Positions 10,504 to 20,756 of a stretch of 43,844 nucleotides of DNA are shown piece after piece. The translations under genes were made by a program, and so were the position numbers. Positions within the stretch are counted from its first letter, which is position 1. The number at the start of each line of letters is the position of its first letter. The stretch is from Cyanobacteria bacterium P01_F01_bin.143 (GTDB lineage Bacteria > Cyanobacteriota > Cyanobacteriia > Cyanobacteriales > Xenococcaceae). Below the pieces are notes generated by a model that worked only from the letters and a program-made list of their open reading frames with translations, searched no databases and was not told the origin of the DNA. The stretch spans positions 1 through 43,844 of the forward strand of contig JBCCYD010000001.1 of NCBI GenBank assembly GCA_039190385.1. Reading direction: 5' to 3'.

Positions 10504-11613
10504 TAGACCAATTGATTTTCTTGCCTTAGATAGGCTTCAATAAAAGGATTAAGATTTCCATCCATCACATCATTAATATCTCCGGTGTCTAATTCTGTGC
10601 GTAAATCTTTGACCATTTGGTAAGGATGAAAGACGTAGTTGCGAATTTGATTGCCCCAGGCCGCTTCGACCATATCACCACGAATTTCCGCGATCGCTTT
10701 GGCTCTTTGTTCTTCTACGACCACTAACAATTTAGCTTTAAGCAAAGCCAAAGCTTTTTCCTTGTTTTGCAGTTGGGATCTCTCCTGAGTACAACGCACT
10801 GCCAAGCCCGTGGGCAGATGAACAATCCGCACCGCAGTTTCTACTTTATTTACATTTTGTCCCCCTTTGCCCCCAGCACGCGAAGTAGTAATCTCTAGAT
10901 CTTTTTCGGGAATTTCCAGTTCAATAGATTCATCTCCCAAATTAGGCATCACTTCAATGCCAGCAAAGCTAGTTTGTCGTTTGCCATTAGCATTAAAAGG
11001 AGAAATCCTCACCAAACGATGAGTTCCTTTTTCTGCTTTAAGGTAACCATAGGCATAACGTCCTTCAATTTCTAAGGTGGCAGATTTGATTCCTGCTTCA
11101 TCACCAGCGGATTCGTCAGCCAAGCGTACTTTATAGCCTTGTTTTTCTGCCCAGCGAGTATACATCCGTAATAACATTTCCGCCCAGTCCTGAGCATCCG
11201 TGCCGCCAGCTCCCGCGTTGATAGTTAAGATAGCTCCTCTAGTGTCATAGGTGCCAGATAGTAATTGTTGGAGTTCCCAAAGATCGAGTTCCTGTTGTAG
11301 TTGCTTGAGATTTGTTTGGGCTTCCTCGGCTAAAGCTTGATCTGTTTCGAGTTCCAACAGTTCTGCGATCGCCTCAGCTTCTTCTAAGGTATTATGCCAT
11401 TGCCGATATTGCTCTAAATTTGATTTTAGATCATTAAGCTCTTGCAAAGTCTTTTGAGCTGTTGCTTGATCTGACCAAAATTCTGGTTGGGCAGCTACTT
11501 GTTCTAAGTCTTGGATTTTAGCTTGCAGAATGGGTAGGTCAAAGATATTCCTGAGTCTTACCCAGGCGCAAAGATAGAGTTTCTATTTCTCGTTTCAGTT
11601 CTGTAATTTCCAT
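10503..11613 (-). CDS. prfB: Peptide chain release factor 2 (programmed +1 frameshift)
   Basis: SPF and GGQ motifs. True start is ATG 11613 ([24 protein letters not shown]), then CTT TGA C, and the +1 frame continues [14 protein letters not shown] into the tracked ORF. Confidence 0.97.
11538..11553 (-). promoter_or_regulatory. prfB +1 ribosomal frameshift site with internal SD-like sequence
   Basis: Minus strand reads CAGGAA TAT CTT TGA C at codons 24-25. Confidence 0.95.
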
Positions 11614-11667
11614 TTAACCTAAATTATTAATCAACTTTATAGATCACCATTCTAGTACTGATTACCT

Positions 11668-11699
11668 AAGTAGAGACGTAGCATGCTACGTCTCTACTT
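11668..11699. repeat. Perfect 32-bp palindrome, GTAG-type REP-like dispersed repeat
   Basis: AAGTAGAGACGTAGCA|TGCTACGTCTCTACTT. Confidence 0.9.
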
Positions 11700-11827
11700 G
11701 AATTAACCAAGATGTACCTCTTTCCTATAAGATGTAAGTTGCCAATCTTAAAAATTATTATGTCCCATGGAAGCGGTAACAACCGCCCCGTTTCCTATTA
11801 TTTGGAGTCTCTAGCGGAAAAATATCA

Positions 11828-12064
11828 ATGGACCAAGAAATATTTGAAAAAGTAAAATCAATTGTTGTCGAACAACTCGAAGTTGATGAGGATAAGGTTA
11901 CCGAAAAAGCTAGTTTTGCGAATGATCTCGGAGCCGATTCTTTGGACACTGTAGAGTTAGTCATGGCATTTGAAGAAGAATTTAATATTGAAATTGCTGA
12001 CGAGGAGGCAGAAAAAATTGATACTGTGGGCAAAGCAGTAGAGCATATAAGTTCTGCGGCCTAA
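11828..12064 (+). CDS. acpP: Acyl carrier protein
   Basis: [20 protein letters not shown]. Confidence 0.98.
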   Translation: MDQEIFEKVKSIVVEQLEVDEDKVTEKASFANDLGADSLDTVELVMAFEEEFNIEIADEEAEKIDTVGKAVEHISSAA

Positions 12065-12135
12065 AACATATAATCTGATCCTGAGAAGATCTAATAGCAG
12101 CATTCTGGCATTCAAAGAAAGATATAGAATCAAAA

Positions 12136-13389
12136 ATGACAAATTGGCAAATGAAACGAGTAGTAGTAACGGGTTTAGGCTCCATTACTCCTCTAGGCAA
12201 TAACCTCCAAGAATATTGGGACAATCTGTTAAAAGGTTGTAATGGTATTGGGAAAATTACTCTGTTCGATGCTTCGCAACATGCTTGTCAAATTGCTGGA
12301 GAAGTCAAAGGTTTTGATCCAGCAGACTATATGGCAAAAAAAGAAGCGAAAAGAATGGATCGTTTCTCTCAATTTGCAGTTGCAACAAGTAAACAAACTC
12401 TTGCCGATGCCAATTTTGTTATTGACGAGCTAAATGCAGATCGCATTGGCGTTTTGATTGGGACGGGAGTCGGCGGAATTCAAGTAATCGAAACTCAAAA
12501 TGAGGTTCTTTTAACCAAAGGGCCGAGAAAAGTGAGTCCGTTTACGGTGCCGACGATGATTGCCAATATGGCTGCTGGATTAACGGCAATTCATACAGGC
12601 GCGAAAGGCCCTAACTCTTGTACCGTCACAGCTTGTGCTGCTGGTTCTCACGCGATCGGAGATGCGTTTCGTCTGCTCCAAAGGGGTTATGCCGATGCCA
12701 TGATTTGCGGTGGAACTGAAGCGGCGATTACGCCTTTATCCTATGCTGGTTTTTGTTCTGCTAAAGCTTTATCCACCTCTCGTAATGATGATCCGGCCCA
12801 TGCCAGCCGTCCTTTTGATAAGGATCGCGATGGTTTTATCATGGGAGAAGGAGCCGGTATTTTATTGCTTGAAGAGTTGGAACATGCTCTGGCGAGAAAT
12901 GCCAAAATCTATGGTGAGATCGTCGGTTATGGTATGACCTGCGATGCTTATCACATGACAGCTCCCGTCCCTGAGGGTCTAGGAGCAACCAGGGCGATCG
13001 AATTAGCTCTGCAAGACGGACAGATCGCTGTTGAGACAATCAATTATATTAATGCTCATGGTACTAGCACGCCCGCGAATGACTCCACAGAAACCAAGGC
13101 GATTAAAAAAGCTCTAGGCGAAACTGCCTACAAAGTTGCAATCAGTTCCACAAAATCGATGACGGGTCATTTATTAGGTGGTTCGGGGGGAATTGAAGCG
13201 GTAGCTACTATGATGGCGATCGCGAATGATCGGGTTCCACCAACGATCAATCTAGACAATCCTGATCCAGAATGCGACCTAGACTATATACCCAATCAAA
13301 GTCGGGAACTCAAAGTAGAAGTTGCTCTCTCCAACTCTTTCGGTTTTGGTGGTCACAATGTCACCTTAGCATTCAAGAAATATCATTAA
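12136..13389 (+). CDS. fabF: Beta-ketoacyl-ACP synthase II
   Basis: [40 protein letters not shown]. Confidence 0.98.
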   Translation: MTNWQMKRVVVTGLGSITPLGNNLQEYWDNLLKGCNGIGKITLFDASQHACQIAGEVKGFDPADYMAKKEAKRMDRFSQFAVATSKQTLADANFVIDELNADRIGVLIGTGVGGIQVIETQNEVLLTKGPRKVSPFTVPTMIANMAAGLTAIHTGAKGPNSCTVTACAAGSHAIGDAFRLLQRGYADAMICGGTEAAITPLSYAGFCSAKALSTSRNDDPAHASRPFDKDRDGFIMGEGAGILLLEELEHALARNAKIYGEIVGYGMTCDAYHMTAPVPEGLGATRAIELALQDGQIAVETINYINAHGTSTPANDSTETKAIKKALGETAYKVAISSTKSMTGHLLGGSGGIEAVATMMAIANDRVPPTINLDNPDPECDLDYIPNQSRELKVEVALSNSFGFGGHNVTLAFKKYH

Positions 13390-13570
13390 AAATTGTGAAT
13401 TATTAATTGGAATCAAGATCACTTTTCATGATTCACAATCTCTCGAACCTTGCCCGTCGATCCCAACAATGGGATGATGGGAAGCGAGCCTTGGGGCAAC
13501 CCACAGACGTCAGGTTTGAGACCGCTCAAATTATTTTTTTATCGTAGTTTTAGAATTTTAGATAACGATT

Positions 13571-15595
13571 ATGGTAGTTGCCACCCAGTCACTTGACCAA
13601 CTTTGCGTTAATTCAATTCGCTTTTTAGCCATTGATGCAGTAGAAAAAGCTAATTCTGGCCATCCAGGATTGCCTATGGGGGCAGCCCCTATGGCTTATG
13701 TCCTTTGGGATCGCTTAATGCGCTACAATCCCAAAAATCCCAGCTGGTTGAACCGCGATCGCTTTGTGCTATCTGCGGGTCATGGTTGTATGTTGCAATA
13801 TGCACTTCTATATCTAGCAGGCTATGATAGTGTAAGTCTTGATGACATTAAACAGTTTCGTCAATGGGAGTCGAAAACTCCTGGGCATCCAGAAAATTTT
13901 GTTACCGCAGGGGTAGAAGTAACTACTGGGCCTCTAGGCCAGGGGATTGCTAATGGTGTTGGTTTGGCAATGGCCGAAGCCCATCTCGCAGCTAAATTCA
14001 ATAAGCCAGATTCAGAAATCATCGATCACTACACCTACGTTATTGTGGGCGATGGTTGTAATATGGAAGGTATTTCCGGAGAAGCTGCTTCTTTGGCAGG
14101 ACATCTTGGCTTAGGAAAGCTAATTGTCCTTTACGATGACAATAGTATCTCAATCGAAGGAAGTACTGATATTGCTTTCACCGAAGATGTCAACAAACGT
14201 TTCGAAGCCTATAACTGGCATGTTCAGCATGTAGAGCAAGGTAATGGTGAAGATGAAAGTAGTTTCGACTCTATCGAAAAAGCGATCGCGGCAGCGAAGG
14301 CAGTTAAGGACAAACCATCTTTCATTAAGGTTACGACTCTTATTGGTTATGGTTCTCCCAATAAAGTTAATACCTATGGTGTCCATGGTGCAGCCCTAGG
14401 AGCAGAAGAAGTTAAACTAACTCGGGAAAATTTGGGTTGGGAATACCCGGAATTTGTTGTTCCTGATGATGCTCTAGCTCATTTCCGTAAGGCTGTAGAT
14501 CGCGGTGCCTCAGCTGAAGCTGAGTGGAATCAAACTTTTGCTAGCTACAAAGCTAAATATGCTGATGATGCTGCCTTGTTAGAGCGCATGGTTAGCGGTG
14601 AGCTTCCCGAAAATTGGGCTGATTGTTTACCTAGCTATACCGCAGCGGACAAAGGAAATGCAACTCGTAATCATTCCGGCATAGTTCTTAATGCGATCGC
14701 AGAAACTCTTCCTGAGTTTATTGGTGGTTCTGCCGATCTTGCTCCTTCAAACAAAACTGCTCTTAAATGTACTGGTGACTTCCAGAAAGGTGCTTATGGA
14801 GAGCGTAACTTACACTTTGGTGTTCGTGAACATGCGATGGGTGCAATCTGTAACGCGATCGCGCTTCATGGTGGTGGTTTAATTCCTTATGGCGCTACTT
14901 TCCTTGTCTTTACTGACTATATGCGGAATGCAATTCGTCTAGCTGCATTATCCGAAGCAAGAGTTGTTTGGGTAATGACCCATGATTCGATCGCAGTAGG
15001 AGAAGATGGGCCTACTCACCAACCAGTAGAGCATGTTGCTTCTTTGCGGATGATTCCTAACTTAAATGTTTTCCGTCCTGCTGATGGTAACGAGACTTCT
15101 GCTGCTTACAAAGTTGCCATTGAAAGTAAAAAAACTCCCACTCTGCTTGCCCTATCTCGTCAAGGATTACCAAACTTAGAAGGTTCTTCCATTGAGAACG
15201 CTGCAAAAGGTGGTTATGTTCTGGCCTGTGGTTTTGCCCCTGAAGAATTAGACCTGATCTTAATTGGTACTGGTAGTGAAGTTGAACTTTGCGTTAAAGC
15301 GGCTGATATTCTAAAAGCAGAAGGCAAGAAAGTTCGTGTCGTGTCCCTTCCTTGTTGGGAACTATTTGAAGCTCAAAGCGATGAGTACAAAGATGCTGTG
15401 TTGCCTAAAGTAGCTAAGAAGCGAGTAGCAGTTGAAGCTGGTACTACCTTTGGTTGGCAGCGTTATACCGGTGATAATGGCGCGATCGTGGGGATTGATA
15501 CTTTCGGTGCTTCTGCTCCTGGTGGTGTTGCTCTAGATAAGTTTGGCTTCAATGTCGATAATGTTGTTGCTGTTGCCAAAAAAGTGATTGGATAA
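13571..15595 (+). CDS. tkt: Transketolase
   Basis: [43 protein letters not shown]. Confidence 0.98.
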   Translation: MVVATQSLDQLCVNSIRFLAIDAVEKANSGHPGLPMGAAPMAYVLWDRLMRYNPKNPSWLNRDRFVLSAGHGCMLQYALLYLAGYDSVSLDDIKQFRQWESKTPGHPENFVTAGVEVTTGPLGQGIANGVGLAMAEAHLAAKFNKPDSEIIDHYTYVIVGDGCNMEGISGEAASLAGHLGLGKLIVLYDDNSISIEGSTDIAFTEDVNKRFEAYNWHVQHVEQGNGEDESSFDSIEKAIAAAKAVKDKPSFIKVTTLIGYGSPNKVNTYGVHGAALGAEEVKLTRENLGWEYPEFVVPDDALAHFRKAVDRGASAEAEWNQTFASYKAKYADDAALLERMVSGELPENWADCLPSYTAADKGNATRNHSGIVLNAIAETLPEFIGGSADLAPSNKTALKCTGDFQKGAYGERNLHFGVREHAMGAICNAIALHGGGLIPYGATFLVFTDYMRNAIRLAALSEARVVWVMTHDSIAVGEDGPTHQPVEHVASLRMIPNLNVFRPADGNETSAAYKVAIESKKTPTLLALSRQGLPNLEGSSIENAAKGGYVLACGFAPEELDLILIGTGSEVELCVKAADILKAEGKKVRVVSLPCWELFEAQSDEYKDAVLPKVAKKRVAVEAGTTFGWQRYTGDNGAIVGIDTFGASAPGGVALDKFGFNVDNVVAVAKKVIG

Positions 15596-15643
15596 ATAAA
15601 AAAAGAAGAAATTTCTATTAAAAATTCTTCTTCTAATTATCAT

Positions 15644-15686
15644 AAAGAGGCATCGAGCGAGTTATCCTGCTTGATGCCTTTTTTTT
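15644..15686 (+). terminator. Intrinsic terminator after tkt (probably bidirectional)
   Basis: AGGCATCGAGC-loop-GCTTGATGCCT followed by a T-run, between convergent genes. Confidence 0.8.
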
Positions 15687-18303
15687 ACACATTTTCAGAA
15701 TAAGGAACTAAGTCAACATAGTTAATATTAAACAAACTAGTTCCCATATCTAACCTCATCTCATGACTACCAGCAGTTAGATTAATCCCTCCATCAACAA
15801 CATTCTCCCAAGATTGCCAGCCACCAGTCCCATTGAAACCCAGACTAAAAGTTTGTCCGTCGAGAGAAACATCCAAACTATGAGTTGTTTCAACCTCAGA
15901 TGCCACACGAGCTACTAGCTGATAAAGACCGCTCTGGGGAACATCGACGTTATAAGTTAACCATTCTCCCTCTTCGATCCAACCCACATTAAAGCCACCG
16001 CCAACATCAGTAGTAGCTTCAATATCAACATCATCGTTACGGTAAACTCCACCACTATTACCAGTAGTAGTATCAAAATAACTAGTATAATCTTCAGCTT
16101 CGACTCGAATAGCTGTCGAGGGAAGTAAATCAATATAGTTGAGATTAAACCCTGAGCTACCCATATCAAGCCGCAGTTCATGACTCCCAGCTTGCAGTTC
16201 AATATTTCCAGTTAATACATTTTCCCAGGATTGCCAACCACCAGTATTATTAAAGCTTACGGTGTGGGTTTGTCCGTCTAGTGTGATATCTAAACTATGA
16301 TCTCGATCAAGATCAGACGCTACGCGGGCCAGAAGCTGATAGGAACCATCTTCAGGAATATCTACATTGTAGGTTAACCATTCCCCTTCAGCGATAAAGC
16401 CGACATTAAAACCACCGCCAATATCAGTAGCATACTCAATATCTACATCGTCATTGCGATAAGCCTCACCAGTATTACCCGAAGTTGTATCAAAATAGTT
16501 AGTATAATCTTCAGCTTCGACCCGAATTCCCCTTAAACTATTACCAAAATCAATATTGCTCACAATTTCGCCTGTGCCCACAAATACCTCATGAGCTTCA
16601 GATAGAAAAGGTTTAAGAACAGGAACAAAATTAATAGCTAAGCCGTTATTAAGATAGTTCTCATTATAGGCGACTTCCACGCCATTTGTGCCATCGGCGT
16701 TTTCTAAACCAATAGTGGCACTATCAACAATAGCGTTGAGATCTTCATATTGAAATACGATGCTGCCATCGGCATGGAGAATAGTTTCAAAAGTCAAAGA
16801 CCCTTCAGCTTCATAACGTGGAATATCTTGATACTGAACAATAAATCGCTCTTCAGCCACATCATGATGGTAATAGATCGAACCACCAGCATTAGGATTT
16901 AAATCATCCCAAAATGGCGCAATCAAATAATTGGCATCATAGGTTGTAGGAATTGGATTGTTGTAATAACTTGTTCCATCAGTGCCGAAGGTAAGATATC
17001 CATTAGATGAAATATTGACGCTTGTTTGCGATTCTCCATAGAAAGCAAAGTCAAAGGGTAAAGCAATATTCACTTCATCATCATCACCTAAACTTACTGC
17101 CGTACCAAAAGATGAAATATCTACCCAATCAAAACTAGGCCCATCTGATTGGTTACTGTCTGTCCATTGATATTCAACAGTCGAAGCAGGATAGGTCTGT
17201 TGCCATCCTAAATCAGAAATTTCGGCAACAGTATAAGAACCAAATCTAAGATCAGTAAAAGAATAAAAGCCATTACCATCGGTGACCGTAGAAATTTCTC
17301 CTGGATCAAGCTGAGAGTTTTGATTTTGATCAAGATATATAGTCCAGCCTCCTAGACCAGGTTCACCAGAATCTTGCTGACCATTGCCATTTAAATCATG
17401 CCATTTACGACCTTGGATTTCACCAGGAACCAAAAGAGGTTCAAAATTGAGATAGATTTCCGAATCATTATCATCAAAACTAGACCAGACGACATTATTT
17501 CCTGAGATTCGGGGACTATTATCAAAGGTATCATTGTCAGTTAGTTGAATAGTTTGATTGCCATCATAGAGATAAATTTCATTATCATTGCCATCAGAAC
17601 CAGACCAAACTATGTTATTCCCTGAAACTAGAGGATTGGATTCAAAGGTAGTGTTGTCGGTAATTTGAACAGTCTGATTACCATCATAGAGATAAATTTC
17701 TGCATCACCATCATCATAACCTTGCCAAACAACATTATTACCAGAAATTTGAGGATTGAAGTCATTGGTAGCGTTGGCGGTTAGTTTTGTAACATTATTG
17801 CCGTTATAGAGATATATTTCTGAATCTTTGCCATCGAGACTAGACCAAACGACATTACTACCTGAGATTTGAAAACTCGATTCCGAAAACTCATTATCGG
17901 TGAGTTGAATGGTTTGACTACCATCATAAAAATAAAGTTCTAAATCTATATATCCAGAGCGATCGACATCAACATAGTTCGACCAAACTAGGTTATTACC
18001 AGAAATTTGAGGATTAATATCAAAAGTATCATTATCGGTGATTTGCCGAGTTTGGCTGCCATCGTAGAGATAAATTTCTGAATCATTACCATCATAACCA
18101 GACCAAACTACTTGATTGCCAAAGATCTGAGGACTATTATCATCGGTATCATTATCTGTGAGTTGAACTACAAAACCATCATTGTAGTTATACAGATAAA
18201 TCTCATTATCATTGCCATCATAACCAGCCCAAACCACATTGTTACCCGATATTTCGGGATTATAGTCGCTGAAGTTATTATCAGTTAGGGAAAAAATAGC
18301 CAT
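15685..18303 (-). CDS. Acidic multidomain carbohydrate-binding protein: 7 beta-propeller-type repeats, SdrD-B-like domain with an inserted NIDO-like domain, 2 CBM6-like modules
   Basis: Repeats ISGNNVVW..DG.D.EIYLY; GRKWHDLNGNG..D.GEPGL.GWTIYLD; LPFDFAFYG..ISSNGYLTF..IAPFWDDL; IRVEAEDY..GEWLTYNV..TGGWQSW..N.NY. RBS AGGAGG. Confidence 0.85.
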   Translation of the reverse strand: MAIFSLTDNNFSDYNPEISGNNVVWAGYDGNDNEIYLYNYNDGFVVQLTDNDTDDNSPQIFGNQVVWSGYDGNDSEIYLYDGSQTRQITDNDTFDINPQISGNNLVWSNYVDVDRSGYIDLELYFYDGSQTIQLTDNEFSESSFQISGSNVVWSSLDGKDSEIYLYNGNNVTKLTANATNDFNPQISGNNVVWQGYDDGDAEIYLYDGNQTVQITDNTTFESNPLVSGNNIVWSGSDGNDNEIYLYDGNQTIQLTDNDTFDNSPRISGNNVVWSSFDDNDSEIYLNFEPLLVPGEIQGRKWHDLNGNGQQDSGEPGLGGWTIYLDQNQNSQLDPGEISTVTDGNGFYSFTDLRFGSYTVAEISDLGWQQTYPASTVEYQWTDSNQSDGPSFDWVDISSFGTAVSLGDDDEVNIALPFDFAFYGESQTSVNISSNGYLTFGTDGTSYYNNPIPTTYDANYLIAPFWDDLNPNAGGSIYYHHDVAEERFIVQYQDIPRYEAEGSLTFETILHADGSIVFQYEDLNAIVDSATIGLENADGTNGVEVAYNENYLNNGLAINFVPVLKPFLSEAHEVFVGTGEIVSNIDFGNSLRGIRVEAEDYTNYFDTTSGNTGEAYRNDDVDIEYATDIGGGFNVGFIAEGEWLTYNVDIPEDGSYQLLARVASDLDRDHSLDITLDGQTHTVSFNNTGGWQSWENVLTGNIELQAGSHELRLDMGSSGFNLNYIDLLPSTAIRVEAEDYTSYFDTTTGNSGGVYRNDDVDIEATTDVGGGFNVGWIEEGEWLTYNVDVPQSGLYQLVARVASEVETTHSLDVSLDGQTFSLGFNGTGGWQSWENVVDGGINLTAGSHEMRLDMGTSLFNINYVDLVPYSENV

Positions 18304-18512
18304 TGTAGCCTCCTTGCAGATTGCGTCCAGAGTCTAGCCAAAATTTAAATTAAAGTAAGAGCAGGGATTAGATCCTAACTAATGCTACTCTGACCTGGTT
18401 GCTAATTTCCGATTACTTCTTTAAACTTGACAGTCTTTAACTCAATCGGCGTTATTTTCAATTATTAGTCTTATAGAAGAGAGCTCAAATTCTAATTCTT
18501 GTCAGCTAACTA
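18304..18512 (-). repeat. Duplicated upstream (promoter/5' UTR) region, copy A; copy B lies at 20757-20916 plus 21052-21102
   Basis: Shared blocks on the + strand include CCAGAGTCTAG, AATTTAAATTAAAGTAAGA, GATTACTT..TTAAACTTGACA and TTTCAATTATTA. Confidence 0.85.
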
Positions 18513-18518
18513 TTTTCT

Positions 18519-20756
18519 CTAGACCTCTTCAATATGAGGTATCAATTCAATATAGTTAATATTGAACAAACTACTTCCCATATCCAACCTCATTTCATGA
18601 CTGCCAGCAGTTAGATTAATACCACCAACGGCATTTTCCCAAGACTGCCAGTCGCCAGTGCCACTGAAACTAAGATTAGTAGTCTGTCCATCCAGAGATA
18701 CATCCAAACTATGGGTTGTCTCAACATCAGATGCTACGCGAGCTCTCACTTCATAAAAACCATCTTCGGGAACATCGACATCATAAGTTAACCATTCTCC
18801 TTCTTCGATCCAGCCTACATTAAATCCACCGCCAATATCAGTAGTTGCTTCAATATCTACATCATTATTACGGTAAGCTCCACCACTATTGCCTGTAGTG
18901 GTATCAGAATAGTTAGTATAATCTTCGGCTTCGATTTTAATTGCCGTCACGGGTAGTAAATCAATATAGTTAAGATTAAACCCAGAACTTCCCATGTCTA
19001 AACGCAGTTCATGATTACCAGCATGAAGCTCAAGCTCTCCAGTTACAACGTTTTCCCACGATTGCCAACCCCCAGTATTATTGAAGTTTACGGTGTGAGT
19101 TTGTCCATCAAGGGTAATATCCAAACTATGGTCTCGATTCAGATCAGAGGCGACGCGGGCAGAGAGTTGATAAGAATCATCTTCAGGAACATGCAGATTA
19201 TAGGTTAACCAATCACCTTGACTAATCCAGCCCACATTATAGCCACCACCAACATCGGTAGTTACTTCAAGATCGACATCGTCATTACGATAAGCCTCAC
19301 CAGTATTGCCAGAAGTCGTATCGAAATAATTGACATAATTTTCTGCTTCAATGCGTGAGCCTGTTAAGGGTAGTAAATCGACATAGTTGATATTAAAGCC
19401 AGAGCTATTCATATCGAGACGTAGTTCATGGCTCCCAGCAGTTAAGTGAAGATTGCCACTGCTAACATCTGACCAAGACTGCCAGCCACCAGTACCCTCG
19501 AAACTGACATTACTAGCATGTCCATCTAAAGTAATATCCAAACTATGAGTTCGATCATCAAGAGCAGAAGCGACACGAGTAACGACTTGATAGTAACCAT
19601 CTTCAGGAACATCTAGGTTATAGGTTAACCATTCCCCCTCAGCTATATAACCAACATTAAAGCCACCGCCAATGTCAGTAGATGATTCAATATCGACATT
19701 ATCATTGCGATAAGCTCCACCGGTGTTCCCTATCGTTGTATCGTAATAATTTACGTAATCTTCTGCTTCGACTCTAATTCCTGCTAAAGGCTCGAAATTA
19801 AGATAAATCTCATTGTCATAGCCATCATAGCTAGTCCAAACTACATTATTACCTGAGATTTGAGGGCTATAGTCGGGAGTATTATTATCGGTTAGTTGAA
19901 TGATATTACTGCCATTATAGAGATAAATTTCATCATCGTTGCCATCGTAGGCAGACCAAACTACGTTGTTCCCTGAAATTTGAGGACTATACTCATAGAG
20001 ATCATTATCCGTGAGTTGAATAGTGTTGCTGCCGTTATAGAGATAAATTTCATTATCATAGCCATCGTAGACAGACCAAACTACGTTATTACCTGAGATT
20101 TGAAGGCTATATTCAGAGGTATCATTGTCTGTTAGTTGAATAACATCGCTGCCGTTATAGAGATAAATTTCATCATCATAGCCATCGTAGGCAGTCCAAA
20201 CTACATTGTTACCTGATATTTGAGGACTATACTCATAGGTATCATTGTCTGTTAGTTGAATAACATCGCTGCCGTTATAAAGATAAATTTCATTATCATA
20301 ACCATCGTAGGCAGTCCAAACTACGTTATTACCTGATATTTGTGGGCTGTATTCGTAGGTATCATTGTCTGTTAATTGAATAACATCGCTGCCGTTATAG
20401 AGATAAATTTCATTATCATAGTCATCGTAAGCAGTCCAAACTACATTGTTACCTGATATTTGGAGAGCATATTCATAGGTATCATTGTCTGTTAATTGAA
20501 TGACGTCACTGCCGTTATAGAGATAAATTTCATTATCATAGTCATCATAGCCAGTCCAAACCACATTGTTACCTGAGATTTGTGGGCTGTATTCGTAGGT
20601 ATCATTGTCTGTTAGTTGGGCTATAGAACGACGATTGTGGTCATAGAGATAAATTTCATAATCATTGCCGTCATAGCTATACCAAACCACATTATTGCCT
20701 GATATTTCGGGGCCATAGTCATCGAAATTATTATTAGTTAGGGGAAAAACAGCCAT
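18519..20756 (-). CDS. Paralogous carbohydrate-binding protein: 8 beta-propeller-type repeats plus 3 CBM6-like modules
   Basis: 40-aa repeats QLTDNDTYEYSPQISGNNVVWTAYDGYDNEIYLYNGSDVI; three (I/V)EAE(D/N)Y...GxWQSW modules; RBS AGGAG. Confidence 0.87.
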   Translation of the reverse strand: MAVFPLTNNNFDDYGPEISGNNVVWYSYDGNDYEIYLYDHNRRSIAQLTDNDTYEYSPQISGNNVVWTGYDDYDNEIYLYNGSDVIQLTDNDTYEYALQISGNNVVWTAYDDYDNEIYLYNGSDVIQLTDNDTYEYSPQISGNNVVWTAYDGYDNEIYLYNGSDVIQLTDNDTYEYSPQISGNNVVWTAYDGYDDEIYLYNGSDVIQLTDNDTSEYSLQISGNNVVWSVYDGYDNEIYLYNGSNTIQLTDNDLYEYSPQISGNNVVWSAYDGNDDEIYLYNGSNIIQLTDNNTPDYSPQISGNNVVWTSYDGYDNEIYLNFEPLAGIRVEAEDYVNYYDTTIGNTGGAYRNDNVDIESSTDIGGGFNVGYIAEGEWLTYNLDVPEDGYYQVVTRVASALDDRTHSLDITLDGHASNVSFEGTGGWQSWSDVSSGNLHLTAGSHELRLDMNSSGFNINYVDLLPLTGSRIEAENYVNYFDTTSGNTGEAYRNDDVDLEVTTDVGGGYNVGWISQGDWLTYNLHVPEDDSYQLSARVASDLNRDHSLDITLDGQTHTVNFNNTGGWQSWENVVTGELELHAGNHELRLDMGSSGFNLNYIDLLPVTAIKIEAEDYTNYSDTTTGNSGGAYRNNDVDIEATTDIGGGFNVGWIEEGEWLTYDVDVPEDGFYEVRARVASDVETTHSLDVSLDGQTTNLSFSGTGDWQSWENAVGGINLTAGSHEMRLDMGSSLFNINYIELIPHIEEV
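19801..20620 (-). repeat. Intragenic 120-bp tandem repeat, about 7 near-identical units
   Basis: AGATAAATTTCAT recurs at 19921, 20041, 20161, 20281, 20401 and 20521, with a variant at 19801. Confidence 0.95.

Noticed and set aside
9154-13389. PPTase + ACP + ketosynthase as a secondary-metabolite cluster
   Set aside because: acpP-fabF-tkt is the ordinary cyanobacterial arrangement; prfB separates the PPTase and there are no PKS/NRPS or tailoring genes.
13440-13525. GC-richer patch between fabF and tkt as a riboswitch
   Set aside because: No aptamer consensus (such as TPP) or convincing long stem was found by eye; it is probably promoter/5' UTR.
19801-20620. Regularly spaced repeats as a CRISPR array or DGR template/variable pair
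   Set aside because: The units are contiguous, in frame and coding, with no unique spacers; there is no cas or reverse transcriptase gene in the window.
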